Assembly (NCBI GenBank): GCA_965215125.1
Contig: OZ244052.1
Location: forward strand, 1,242,468-1,306,467
DNA from: an uncultured candidatus Porisulfidus sp.
Lineage (GTDB): Bacteria > Pseudomonadota > Gammaproteobacteria > Poriferisulfidales > Oxydemutatoraceae
Reading direction: 5' to 3'
DNA length: 64,000 nucleotides
Program-made: the position numbers and the translations under genes
Shown here: one piece after another, positions 19,265-28,927 of the stretch
Layout: each line of letters opens with the position of its first letter
How positions within the stretch are numbered: position 1 is the first letter of the stretch
The notes under the pieces: generated by a model
Database searches by the model: none
What the model saw: the letters and a program-made list of their open reading frames with translations, nothing else
Told to the model about the DNA's origin: nothing

Positions 19265-20866
19265 TTATTGCGTGTTCCAATGCAAGGTTTCACGCAGTTT
19301 GACCTTTAATAGCAATAAGGCTATGAAATAAAAGCCGGCACCTAATATAATCGTGCCTGCCAGCGCGGCGACGCGATACACCGCATCCCATACATTCCAA
19401 TCGGGCAACCGATGTATAAGGTATATCAGTAGTAATCCCATAAGCAAAGAGGCGACCAGTATCTTCTTGATAAGCGCGCTTGTTTCTGCATTGATACGAA
19501 ATATACGATGGCGGACGAGTGCACGATACAGTAAAAAACTATTCAATAGTGCCGATAAACTGGTTGCTAATGCCAATGCAGCATGCGGCGCAAGCAAGCC
19601 TATGTATTGCCACAATAAGACCAGCACGATATTCAACGCAATGTTGCTCAGCATGGCAACGACGGCAATCCGCATCGGGAGTTTGGTGTTTTGATGAGCA
19701 AAAAAAGCACAAGAAAATATCTTAATGAGCATAAACATAGGCAAACCTAGTGCATAAGCGATTAGGCTAATGCTCACCATCAGCGTATCGTCGTAGGTGA
19801 ATTGACGGTATTGTATCAACGAGATTAGTATGGGTTGCGCCAATACGACGAGTCCGACCACACAGGGGAAAGCGAGCATCATCGCAGCGCGCACTCCCCA
19901 ATCCATGGTTTGTTGAAAGTACTTTAGATCGGAGGCAACCCGATGCGCAGACAGCCGTGCCAACAACACCGTGCTGATGGCAATCCCGAAAACTCCCATC
20001 GGCAATTCCACGAAGCGATCCGAGATATAAAGCCAGCTAATACTGCCGGCAACGAGGAAAGATGCTATCAATGTATCGAACAAAAGATTGACTTGTACGA
20101 TTGCGGAGCTAAAGATTGCCGGAAGCATCAATCGTCCTACCCGTCGCACGCCCTTATGTCGGAAATCCAACCTAAATCCGAAAGTCCAGTCAATACGCTT
20201 TAGCCAAAGCACGACAAAAGACAGTTGCGCAATGCCGGCGACCAAAACTCCCCATGCGAGAGCGGTTATGGGTTCGTCCATCTTGGGTGCCACCCATAGT
20301 GTCGCGGTGATCAAGGATAGATTCATCAATACCGGTGTGAAAGCCGGTGCCCCGAAATGACCATAGCTGTTGAGTATGCCGGTGGCAAGTGCGGTTAAAG
20401 AAATGAATAACACATAAGGAAAAGTGATGCGTAGCATTTGTGCCGACAAATCAAATCTATCACCTTCGTCTATAAAGCCGGGGGCAAAGACGGCAATTAA
20501 TACAGGTGCTACGAGTATTCCGACGACGGTGATAACCAGCAATATCATGCCGAGGGTGCCGGCAGCACAATCTGCAAACCTATGCAATTCGGTAGGGCTA
20601 CGATGTGTTTTATATTCTTGGAACACCGGTACGAAAGCCTGAGAGAGTGCACCTTCTCCGAAAAGCCGTCGCATCAAATTGGGTAATCTGAAGGCGACTA
20701 GAAAAGCATCGGTAGCACCACCGGCTCCGAAGACAATAAAAATGATCGCATCTCTGGTATAGCCTAAAACGCGCGACAGCATAGTCAAAAGACTGAAAGA
20801 AGCCGTTGATTTAAGCAGCTTTTTTCCTAATCCGGGCGATTTTGTATCGGTTGCGATTTGCGTCAA
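19265..20866 (-). CDS. murJ: Lipid II flippase MurJ (MviN)
   Basis: 533-aa polytopic protein. N-terminus SRVLGYTRDAIIFIVFGAGGATDAFLVAFRLPNLMRRLFGEGALSQAFVP is a diagnostic MurJ sequence. Confidence 0.92.
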   Translation of the reverse strand: MTQIATDTKSPGLGKKLLKSTASFSLLTMLSRVLGYTRDAIIFIVFGAGGATDAFLVAFRLPNLMRRLFGEGALSQAFVPVFQEYKTHRSPTELHRFADCAAGTLGMILLVITVVGILVAPVLIAVFAPGFIDEGDRFDLSAQMLRITFPYVLFISLTALATGILNSYGHFGAPAFTPVLMNLSLITATLWVAPKMDEPITALAWGVLVAGIAQLSFVVLWLKRIDWTFGFRLDFRHKGVRRVGRLMLPAIFSSAIVQVNLLFDTLIASFLVAGSISWLYISDRFVELPMGVFGIAISTVLLARLSAHRVASDLKYFQQTMDWGVRAAMMLAFPCVVGLVVLAQPILISLIQYRQFTYDDTLMVSISLIAYALGLPMFMLIKIFSCAFFAHQNTKLPMRIAVVAMLSNIALNIVLVLLWQYIGLLAPHAALALATSLSALLNSFLLYRALVRHRIFRINAETSALIKKILVASLLMGLLLIYLIHRLPDWNVWDAVYRVAALAGTIILGAGFYFIALLLLKVKLRETLHWNTQ

Positions 20867-20894
20867 TTTATCAAAGCCTTTTCAGAGTATACGA

Positions 20895-22007
20895 TTAGGC
20901 GTTTTGCCGATGGCACCACAACTTGGGGTCAAGTTGTTCGTTAAATCTGCGTATTTCAAAATACAAGCCGGTATCGCCGGAGGTTCCGCCGTTGCCTACC
21001 TCTGCAATACGCTCCCCGGTTCGCACACTATCTCCTACTTCCTTATAGAGTGTTTCGTTGTTTGCATAAAGCGACATATAACCGTCCCCGTGGTCAATGA
21101 TTAATAGCATGCCGTAGCTACGGAACCAATCACTGAATACTACATGGCCGTCGTAGATACTTTTGACTTTCGTGTCGGCAGTAGCCGGCAAAAAAATTCC
21201 CGGCAGTTTTTTATTGTCGCTTCGTATAGTGATAGGTCTGTCCAAGGGCCAGGGTAAGCTACCCTTGAGTGTGCCGAATTGTAATACCGAAGCCGACGAT
21301 GTTCCAAACCGCGCAATGAGTCGTTGCAGTTCTTCGGCATCTTTTTGTAGCGTGGCAATCGCAATCTGTTCTTGCGTGATCTTCTGCTCTAAGGTATTGA
21401 TTATCTCTTGTTTCTTTTGTCGTTTCTGTTCAATTTCTCGTACTATCCGCTGTTGTCGTGCGTGTTCCAGTTCTAGGGCGCGGTTTTGCACCTTGAGTTC
21501 CGTTCGTATCTCCGATAGATGCGATAATTGTTCCGAAAGTTCGGATAATTTATTTGCTCTTTCCCGATTAAAGTAATCGTAATAGACCGCCCTTCGTTCA
21601 AAGCCACGCCAGTCGTCGGCACCGAGTAAATAGCTAAACCGCCGGGTTCGCACATCGTGTTGCATAGAGCGCAAGCCCGACTTAAGCGAGGATAAGTGAT
21701 CGGCGTGCTGCTCGGACAAGTCTTCGGCTTGTTCGGTGAGCGTGGATAATTTTGATTTCAATTCGGAAAGATTCTTAACCGATTTTTCATAACCGCGTTT
21801 GGCATCACTAAGACTGCGCGCACTGTATCCTAATTGTTGTTGTAATTGTTCAAGTGCCTTAGACGCAGAACCTAGATCGCGTTGCTTTTCAAGCACTTGC
21901 GATTCGATGGATTGTAGGCGCTCATCGTAAGTTTGAGGGTAAGCTGCCGTTCCTGCGCATAATGCGAAAAACAATGCGATTAGCCTTAATTTATGTTGCG
22001 AAATCAT
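20895..22007 (-). CDS. envC: Murein hydrolase activator EnvC-like (coiled coil plus LytM/M23 domain)
   Basis: Signal peptide, long Q/E/L-rich coiled coil, and a C-terminal M23 domain (LLIIDHGDGYMSLYANN...GLYFEIR). Confidence 0.8.
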   Translation of the reverse strand: MISQHKLRLIALFFALCAGTAAYPQTYDERLQSIESQVLEKQRDLGSASKALEQLQQQLGYSARSLSDAKRGYEKSVKNLSELKSKLSTLTEQAEDLSEQHADHLSSLKSGLRSMQHDVRTRRFSYLLGADDWRGFERRAVYYDYFNRERANKLSELSEQLSHLSEIRTELKVQNRALELEHARQQRIVREIEQKRQKKQEIINTLEQKITQEQIAIATLQKDAEELQRLIARFGTSSASVLQFGTLKGSLPWPLDRPITIRSDNKKLPGIFLPATADTKVKSIYDGHVVFSDWFRSYGMLLIIDHGDGYMSLYANNETLYKEVGDSVRTGERIAEVGNGGTSGDTGLYFEIRRFNEQLDPKLWCHRQNA

Positions 22008-22073
22008 CGGTAACTATTATATGAGACCATTGCGTATTATAATGTAATCAGGAAGATGTTATCAGGTAGTTAT

Positions 22074-22436
22074 ATGGAGATACTAGAAAGCACTACAAAT
22101 ATTAATAATACCATGCCGACCGGCAATATGGATCAGATTATAGAAGAGGCTGCCGAAACCTTAAAAGCAATGGCACACCCCTTGCGTCTTAAGATACTCT
22201 GTATCTTGGACAGCAGCGAAATGAGCGTGCAGGAGCTGGTAGAAAAGGTGGGAACTTCTCAAAGTAATGTTTCGCAACACCTATCTATATTGAAAGAAAA
22301 AGGTGTGTTAGCTAGCAGAAAGGAAATCAATCGTGTACTATATCGAATCGGAGATCAGCGCACTTTGCTACTGATAGATATGATGCATAAGGTGTTCTGC
22401 TCGCATGCCTCTAACGATAACGGTACTTTAAGATAA
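22074..22436 (+). CDS. ArsR/SmtB-family transcriptional regulator
   Basis: LKAMAHPLRLKILCIL...MSVQELVEKVGTSQSNVSQHLSILKEKGVL is the winged-helix ArsR signature. The start codon is uncertain (22056, 22074 or 22113). Confidence 0.8.
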   Translation: MEILESTTNINNTMPTGNMDQIIEEAAETLKAMAHPLRLKILCILDSSEMSVQELVEKVGTSQSNVSQHLSILKEKGVLASRKEINRVLYRIGDQRTLLLIDMMHKVFCSHASNDNGTLR

Positions 22437-22440
22437 AAGT

Positions 22441-22869
22441 ATGCAAACCGATTATATGGATTTTGTTGCCGATAATTTATTTCTGGTGACACTGTTATTG
22501 ATATTGTTGACGGCGATCGTTATTACGGAAGCCAAAAAGCTGACGAAGAAATATAAGGATTTAACACCCACCGAGGTAGTGCAAATGATAAATCATGAAA
22601 ATGCGGTTATGTTGGATGTGCGTGAAGCCACCGAACTCGGTGGCAGTGGAATACGCGATGCAAAGCATGTGTCGTTTAGCACACTGGGCGACCGTTTTTC
22701 CGAGTTGGCGAAGTTAAAAGACAAACCGGTGATTGCTTTTTGCATGAACGGATTTAAGTCGCCTAAAGCGTGTGGCTTGCTTTGTAAGCAAGGTTTTACT
22801 AAAGTGTATAGCTTGAAAGGAGGTATTACGGCATGGAAAGAGGCGAACATGCCGGTTGTAAAAAAATGA
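22441..22869 (+). CDS. yibN: Membrane-anchored rhodanese YibN-like
   Basis: N-terminal TM segment plus a single rhodanese domain (active-site loop AFCMNGFKS). Conserved yibN-grxC-secB-gpsA order. Confidence 0.8.
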   Translation: MQTDYMDFVADNLFLVTLLLILLTAIVITEAKKLTKKYKDLTPTEVVQMINHENAVMLDVREATELGGSGIRDAKHVSFSTLGDRFSELAKLKDKPVIAFCMNGFKSPKACGLLCKQGFTKVYSLKGGITAWKEANMPVVKK

Positions 22870-23138
22870 GTAAAGCTAAAGTCTTAATTTATACTTCGGC
22901 AAACTGCCCCTATTGCGCATGGTCTAAGCGGTTACTCGATAAAAAGCAAGCAAGCTACGATGAGATAAGAGTAGATCAAGACGAGGTAGCTAGAACAGAG
23001 TTGCAAGCGCGTACCGAGCGCACATCGGTGCCGCAGATATTCATAGATGATTTTCATGTGGGTGGATATCAGGATATGGTGGAACTCGATCAGGAAGGCA
23101 AACTGGATAAACTGTTGGGCGGTGAGTCTGCACTATAA
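22866..23138 (+). CDS. grxC: Glutaredoxin 3
   Basis: MSKAKVLIYTSANCPYCAWSKRLLD contains the CPYC active site. ATG overlaps the yibN stop (ATGA). Confidence 0.9.
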   Translation: MSKAKVLIYTSANCPYCAWSKRLLDKKQASYDEIRVDQDEVARTELQARTERTSVPQIFIDDFHVGGYQDMVELDQEGKLDKLLGGESAL

Positions 23139-23183
23139 GTTTCAGGTTTAATCAATGTTTAAGAACATAGCGAGACTAAGAAT

Positions 23184-23624
23184 ATGATAGAAATAAAACA
23201 CATATATGTTAAGGATGCTTCTTTTGAATCTCCGCATGCACCACAGATACTAGAGACACAATGGAGCCCCAATGTAGATATCAAGTTGCACAGTCTTAAC
23301 ACGAAGATGGAAGGAAATGACGATCTATACGAGTCCATTCTTCATGTTACGGTAACCGCAAAACACGACGAGACGACCATTTTTATGGTCGAAATCGAAC
23401 AAGCCGGAGTGTTTCAAATATCCGAACTTATGGGCGAAGAATTAGATAAAACCTTACAGGTGGAGTGTCCTAATATCCTTTTCCCGTATGCGCGAGAAGC
23501 CATATCAAGCATGGTTTCTAAAGGTGGGTTTCCACAGTTGCTGATGGCACCGATCAATTTTGAAAGCATATACATACAAAAGAACTACGCAAAAAACGAG
23601 CAGGTGACGAGTAAGCCCCATTAA
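23184..23624 (+). CDS. secB: Protein-export chaperone SecB
   Basis: IYVKDASFESPHAP...CPNILFPYAREAISSMVSKGGFPQLLMAPINFE is the SecB signature. Confidence 0.92.
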   Translation: MIEIKHIYVKDASFESPHAPQILETQWSPNVDIKLHSLNTKMEGNDDLYESILHVTVTAKHDETTIFMVEIEQAGVFQISELMGEELDKTLQVECPNILFPYAREAISSMVSKGGFPQLLMAPINFESIYIQKNYAKNEQVTSKPH

Positions 23625-23642
23625 GCGGCTACACCGCATACG

Positions 23643-24641
23643 ATGCACAGTTTAACGATTATCGGTGCAGGTATATGGGGGACGGCACTTGCCGTACAAT
23701 TTGCCGAGCGTGGATGCAAGGTTAATCTATGGGGGCGCAATCAAACACTGATGAAAAAAATGGTAGCCAGCAGCTACAACGAAACCTACCTTCCGAACAC
23801 CAGATTACCCGATGAAATTAAATGTCATCAAGACTTTGCGACGGCGATTGCCGACGGTGACATCCTTTTATTCGCAACCCCGACTGCGACGATACGCCGC
23901 CTGATTGAGCGTATCAACCCGATACTCGATGAGCGACATCAAGGGATTGCTTGGGCGTGTAAGGGTGTGGAAGCGGATAGCGGTCGTTGGATACACGAAG
24001 TCGTCTCGGAAACGCTCGGCAACCAACTGCCGTTGGCAGCCGTGTCGGGACCCTCTTTTGCACACGAAGTAGCAGCGGGTCTACCGACGGCATTGGTCAT
24101 CGCTTGCGAACAAAAATCTTTTGCCGATATGCTTGCCGAATTATTGCACGGCGACAGGCTGCGTGTTTATACAACCGACGATATGATCGGTGTAGAATGT
24201 GGTGGTGCGTTGAAAAACATCATTGCGATTGCCGCCGGTATAGCCGACGGACTGGCATTAGGAGAAAATGCCAAAGCGGCACTTATCACCCGTGGTATAA
24301 ACGAAGCGATTCGCTTTACCGAAGCGGTAGGGGGACGCGCCGAGACGATAGTCGGATTGGCAGGAATAGGCGATATTGTGTTGTCGTGTGCAAGCAACCG
24401 ATCCCGTAATCAAAATTTCGGTAGAATGATTGTAGAATACGGGGGTGCTCGCAAAGCGCGCGAGCAGAATACCAAGGTGGTTGAAGGTGTAGACGCTACA
24501 GAGGCGGTGTTGAAGATAGCCCATCGGCACAAAATAGAAATGCCCATCTGTGAACAGATTGCATTGATTTTAGCCGATCGGATTCGTGCCGAAGCGGCGG
24601 TGGAACAACTGCTCCGGCGGCAAGCACCTTTCAAACCGTAA
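23643..24641 (+). CDS. gpsA: NAD(P)H-dependent glycerol-3-phosphate dehydrogenase
   Basis: IIGAGIWGTALA dinucleotide fold and GALKNIIAIAAGI motif. Synteny after secB. Confidence 0.92.
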   Translation: MHSLTIIGAGIWGTALAVQFAERGCKVNLWGRNQTLMKKMVASSYNETYLPNTRLPDEIKCHQDFATAIADGDILLFATPTATIRRLIERINPILDERHQGIAWACKGVEADSGRWIHEVVSETLGNQLPLAAVSGPSFAHEVAAGLPTALVIACEQKSFADMLAELLHGDRLRVYTTDDMIGVECGGALKNIIAIAAGIADGLALGENAKAALITRGINEAIRFTEAVGGRAETIVGLAGIGDIVLSCASNRSRNQNFGRMIVEYGGARKAREQNTKVVEGVDATEAVLKIAHRHKIEMPICEQIALILADRIRAEAAVEQLLRRQAPFKP

Positions 24642-24682
24642 TAACTTATGCCGTGTATAAAAAATTTCGGTGATATTTGAGC

Positions 24683-25651
24683 ATGTCAAAAAATGCCGCC
24701 CCTAAAAATCCCGAATTAGGGATAGAGTTTTGCAACTTAGATTTTAATTCCCCTTTAGTACTGTTATCGGGATGTGTAGGTTTCGGCGACGAGTATACTC
24801 GCGTAGACGGATTCTCGCTTGAAGAAGTCGGTGCGGTATGTCTCAAGGGCACAACTTTGGAAAAACGTATCGGCAATCCCACCCATAGGGTTGCCGAGAC
24901 CGACGACGGTATGCTCAATGCAATCGGCTTACAAAATCCAGGCATCGATGTGTTGGTTGACGATATATTGCCGACATTGGATTTTTCTAAAACCCGCTAC
25001 ATTGCCAACATCGCAGGCACTTACATTGAAGAGTACGGCGAGTTGGCACGCCGCCTCGACGATACCGAAATTGATGCAATAGAGATTAATATATCGTGTC
25101 CTAATGTGAAAAAAGGTGGCACCGAGTTCGGTAACGACCCCACGGTCTCGGCACAAATCGTAGAGGTTTGCCGTAAAGCGACCTCTAAAACGCTGATCAC
25201 CAAACTTTCTCCCAATCAAACCGATATTGCCGAGAATGCGAGACGTTGTTTGGAAGCCGGTAGCGATGCCTTTGCGGTTATTAATACGATTTCAGGTATG
25301 AAGATAGACATAGATAAGCGGATGCCGGTATTGGGCAACGATTGCGGTGGTTTGTCGGGCCCGGCGATTAAACCGATAGCACTGCTTAAAGTATTTGAGG
25401 TTTATCAAGTGTGCCGTGCGCACCGCATACCGATTATCGGGCAAGGCGGCGTAGTCGACGGACAAGATGCGATTGAGTTTATGCTGGCAGGTGCGACCGC
25501 GGTCGGCATAGGCACCGCTTTGTTTTATGAACCACTGATTTGTGCAAAAATAAATCGGGATATTGCCGCCTATCTGATTAAACATAAATTATCAAATGTT
25601 CAAGCACTAATCGGCTCTCTAAAGACCCACCGACTCCCGGGGCATCAGTGA
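24683..25651 (+). CDS. pyrD: Class 1 dihydroorotate dehydrogenase-like flavoenzyme (PyrD 1A/1B catalytic-subunit type)
   Basis: AIEINISCPNVKKGG (Cys catalytic base), GGLSGPAIKPIAL and IIGQGGV FMN-binding motifs. No N-terminal membrane helix of class 2 enzymes. Confidence 0.75.
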   Translation: MSKNAAPKNPELGIEFCNLDFNSPLVLLSGCVGFGDEYTRVDGFSLEEVGAVCLKGTTLEKRIGNPTHRVAETDDGMLNAIGLQNPGIDVLVDDILPTLDFSKTRYIANIAGTYIEEYGELARRLDDTEIDAIEINISCPNVKKGGTEFGNDPTVSAQIVEVCRKATSKTLITKLSPNQTDIAENARRCLEAGSDAFAVINTISGMKIDIDKRMPVLGNDCGGLSGPAIKPIALLKVFEVYQVCRAHRIPIIGQGGVVDGQDAIEFMLAGATAVGIGTALFYEPLICAKINRDIAAYLIKHKLSNVQALIGSLKTHRLPGHQ

Positions 25652-26388
25652 TTATTTCGCATAGGCTCAAAGTAATACACATAAAGTTAATAAAGGTGGC
25701 CGGCAGTTCTTTTGAGACGGCACTCTCAAAATACTGCGGCCCTAACGATGTGCTGTCTAGGATACATGGGCCGGACATGAAACTGCGAGAGACTTTAGGA
25801 TTTCCTTCTGCACAAAACTATGAGCCTTTTATGGTAAGAAATCGCATAGATCATTTAGATGCCGATAAAATAAAAGAATTAATCGGACCGTACCTTTTTG
25901 ATAATTATCTAAAGATAGCAATTATACGGAACCCATACCAAAAAGCTATTTCATGGTATTTTTGGAAAAAAAGGCGTGAAAAGCTAAGCGAGATAAAAGA
26001 AGACTTTGAAGAATTTATAGCTTCCAGCTGTCGTGAAAAAAGGATCAGATTCAGCCCCTTTCTGGATTATTATCAGATACATATTGACGGGAAGTCGGTC
26101 GCTGATTTTATAATTAGATATGAACGCTTGAATGAGGATATCAAAAAGCTGGAAGAGAAAATAGTATGTCCCGGTTTACTGGAAACATTTTTAAGCCTTA
26201 ACGCGAAAAGGAATATACGTCCTGAAAAAACGACTTCCCTTTATGATGTATATTCCAAATATCCGAAAGCGAAGGCGATGATAGACGAGGTGTATTACAG
26301 ACATTCGGACAAATACGAATTAATGCAAGAATATTGGCCGGCGTATAAAGCCGAATTAGATGCCATTTTAGGGCGCATTTCCAAGTAG
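25648..26388 (+). CDS. Sulfotransferase family protein, tandem paralog 1
   Basis: VIHIKLIKVAGSSFE (PAPS 5'-PSB-like loop) and IAIIRNPYQKAISWY (3'-PB-like RNPxxxxxS). GTG start overlaps the pyrD stop (GTGA). AT-rich. Confidence 0.65.
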   Translation: MIISHRLKVIHIKLIKVAGSSFETALSKYCGPNDVLSRIHGPDMKLRETLGFPSAQNYEPFMVRNRIDHLDADKIKELIGPYLFDNYLKIAIIRNPYQKAISWYFWKKRREKLSEIKEDFEEFIASSCREKRIRFSPFLDYYQIHIDGKSVADFIIRYERLNEDIKKLEEKIVCPGLLETFLSLNAKRNIRPEKTTSLYDVYSKYPKAKAMIDEVYYRHSDKYELMQEYWPAYKAELDAILGRISK

Positions 26389-26403
26389 TTTATTAGGGTA
26401 TAG

Positions 26404-27144
26404 ATGATTATTTCGCATAAGCTCAAAGTAATACACATAAAGTTAAAAAAGGTTGCCGGCAGTTCTTTTGAGATGGCACTCTCAAGATATTGCGATCTTG
26501 ACGATATTTTCTCTAAGAGATATAAGCCGGATATGAAACTACGAGAGACTTTAGGGTTTTCTTCTGTACAAAATTATGAGCCTTTTGTGATAAAAGGTAA
26601 CATAGATCATTTAGGTGCCGATAAAATAAGAGAATTAATCGGACCGGATATTTTTGATAATTACTTGAAAATAGCAATTATACGGAACCCATACCAAAAA
26701 GCTATTTCATGGTATTTTTGGAAAAAAAGGAATGAGAAGCTAAGCGAGATAAAAGAAGACTTTGAAGAATTTATAGCTTCCATCTTTCGTCAAAAAAAGA
26801 CCAGACTCAACCCCATAATGGATTATCATCTGATACATATCGACGGGAAGTCGGTCGCTGATTTTATAATTAGGTATGAACGCTTGAATGAGGATATCAA
26901 AAAGCTGGAAGAGAAAATAGCATGTCCCGGTTTGTTAGAAACATTTCTGAGCCTTAATCTGAAAGGGAATATACGCCCTGAAAAAACGACTTCCCTCTAT
27001 GATGTATATTCCAAATATCCGAAAGCGAAGGCGATGATAGACGAGATGTATTACAGATATCTAGACAAATACGAATTAATGCAAGAATATTGGCCGGCGT
27101 ATAAAGCCGAATTAGATGCTATCTTGAACCACGTTTCCAAGTAA
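26404..27144 (+). CDS. Sulfotransferase family protein, tandem paralog 2
   Basis: 246 aa, the same length as paralog 1 and about 84 percent identical by eye. Same motifs. Its stop lies 1 nt from the convergent hda stop. Confidence 0.65.
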   Translation: MIISHKLKVIHIKLKKVAGSSFEMALSRYCDLDDIFSKRYKPDMKLRETLGFSSVQNYEPFVIKGNIDHLGADKIRELIGPDIFDNYLKIAIIRNPYQKAISWYFWKKRNEKLSEIKEDFEEFIASIFRQKKTRLNPIMDYHLIHIDGKSVADFIIRYERLNEDIKKLEEKIACPGLLETFLSLNLKGNIRPEKTTSLYDVYSKYPKAKAMIDEMYYRYLDKYELMQEYWPAYKAELDAILNHVSK

Positions 27145-27145
27145 T

Positions 27146-27865
27146 TCAAAAATCACTTGTTTCTTTGAGTACTTGTTTGACGAAAGGAACCGTAAGCCGT
27201 CGTTTGCACTGAAATCCGACTCGGCTGATACGATCAACCACCTTAGTTAAATAATCCATATCGCGAGGATAATGGTTTAGTAAATAAGTAATCGTTGTCT
27301 TCGGTATCTCCGAACCGTTAAACTTGGCATGTAGAGAGAGCGCGGTTGGCTTCTCTATATCGGGAACCGCCGTCAACCGAAAGACGCTGCCCCATAGCAA
27401 ACGCGAGTGTAAGTCGGCTAATCGAAGGGTCAAATGCTTGGGATTGCTGCGCCCTGCCATAAGCAAACAACCATTTTCGCTACGTAGCCGATTTATCAAA
27501 TGAAAAAGTGGATATTCAAGTTTAAGTTCTGTGTGGGTAATTAAGTCGATGTCGTCTATACAGACTAGGTCGACCGATTCTAACCCTTTGAGAATTTGGT
27601 CGGCTTCCTGCCTCACATGTTGCAGAGGTAGATAGATGCTACTTTTAGTGCAGTGTGATACTTCACTGCAGGCGGCTTGCAACAAATGGCTTTTACCACT
27701 TGCAGCTTTCCCCCAAAGATAAGTTTGATTACCCTTAAGGCTATCGTTTCGGCATAGACCAAGCAAATGGTCTACTGCGGTTCGGTTATTTGTCGCTAGG
27801 AAATTATCAAAGACTTTATTTTTTTCCGGGCTCAGCCGTAGCAACAATTGCTTGGGCAAACTCAT
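27146..27865 (-). CDS. hda: DnaA regulatory inactivator Hda
   Basis: QLLLRL..F.NF....N......L start, Walker A-like WGKAASGKSHLLQA, and size ~235 aa. Confidence 0.85.
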   Translation of the reverse strand: MSLPKQLLLRLSPEKNKVFDNFLATNNRTAVDHLLGLCRNDSLKGNQTYLWGKAASGKSHLLQAACSEVSHCTKSSIYLPLQHVRQEADQILKGLESVDLVCIDDIDLITHTELKLEYPLFHLINRLRSENGCLLMAGRSNPKHLTLRLADLHSRLLWGSVFRLTAVPDIEKPTALSLHAKFNGSEIPKTTITYLLNHYPRDMDYLTKVVDRISRVGFQCKRRLTVPFVKQVLKETSDF

Positions 27866-28905
27866 GTTAAAAGTTCCGATGTATTAGGCAGTGAATTTTC
27901 ACGCCACACTCTCAGCATTGCGAGCAGTATAGAGGCGACGGGTAACGCCAACAGAACACCTAAAAAACCGAATAGCTGTCCGCCGACAATCACCGAGAAG
28001 ATTACCGCGAGCGGATGCAATCCTAGACGGTTACCGATCAACTGGGGGTTTAAAAAAAACGACTCGACGAACTGCACGACGACGAACAATAGAACCAAAT
28101 AGAGCATCTGCGTCCAATCCAATCCGAACTGCACCAACAAGGCCATCGACGCTGCCGCCAAGCCGATTAACCAGCCTGCGTAAGGGATAAAGCTCAGCAA
28201 CCCGGTGAGTATGCCTATAACCAGTGCCAGCTTTAAGCCGATAAGATAGAGGCCGATGCTATAGAGGGTCGCAAGCGACAACATCACCGTTAACTGTCCG
28301 CGCATAAAAGCCGAAAAGATTTTGTCGGTCTCACTACCTAAGCGGCAAACGGTTGTTCGGATCGAGGCGGCTAATAAATCTTTGAGATTATCGAACATCT
28401 TGTTCCAATCTCGCAACAGATAAAAACTGATCAGCGGCGTTAATAACAGTGTTATCAGTAATGTGAAGAAAGCACCGCCGCCGATTGCCAACCATCCGAT
28501 CAGTCGGTCGGTGGTAACTGCGGCACTACGCCAATGCTCGCTTAGCAACTGCCTGATACTTTCTATACTCCATTGGCGTTCGTAAGCTGGGAACAGTCCG
28601 ACAATCTTTTGTTGAAACCATTGTATGAGTTCCGGCAAATGCATCGTTATCCACCCGATCTGTGCTTGAACGATCGGAACCAATAGTAACAAGACAATAC
28701 TCAAGCTAAGCAAAATGACGACGAGTATTAGCAAAGCCGAAGGTGTGCGACCTAATCCCATACGCGTCAACCAAGACACGCCCGGGGTGCCGAGGTATGC
28801 CAATAAAAAGCCCAACGCAAAGGGCGTTAATATCGGCTTTAGACTATAAATTGCTAGAGCCGATAAAGCCAGTCCTATCAAAATAACCAATAGTTTTGAG
28901 GACAT
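27862..28905 (-). CDS. AI-2E family transporter (PerM/YhhT-like permease)
   Basis: 347-aa polytopic protein with the conserved FIPYAGW...QFVESFFLNPQLIGNRLGLHPLAVIFS region. Confidence 0.8.
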   Translation of the reverse strand: MSSKLLVILIGLALSALAIYSLKPILTPFALGFLLAYLGTPGVSWLTRMGLGRTPSALLILVVILLSLSIVLLLLVPIVQAQIGWITMHLPELIQWFQQKIVGLFPAYERQWSIESIRQLLSEHWRSAAVTTDRLIGWLAIGGGAFFTLLITLLLTPLISFYLLRDWNKMFDNLKDLLAASIRTTVCRLGSETDKIFSAFMRGQLTVMLSLATLYSIGLYLIGLKLALVIGILTGLLSFIPYAGWLIGLAAASMALLVQFGLDWTQMLYLVLLFVVVQFVESFFLNPQLIGNRLGLHPLAVIFSVIVGGQLFGFLGVLLALPVASILLAMLRVWRENSLPNTSELLT

Positions 28906-28927
28906 TGTCGGGTTGCGGCAAGTTTAT

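Noticed and set aside
20904-21576. Plus-strand ORFs (66 and 137 aa) inside envC
   Set aside because: They are antisense to a well-supported coiled-coil/M23 gene. The Cys/Ser-rich translation is typical of the reverse frame of a Gln/Glu/Leu-rich coiled coil.
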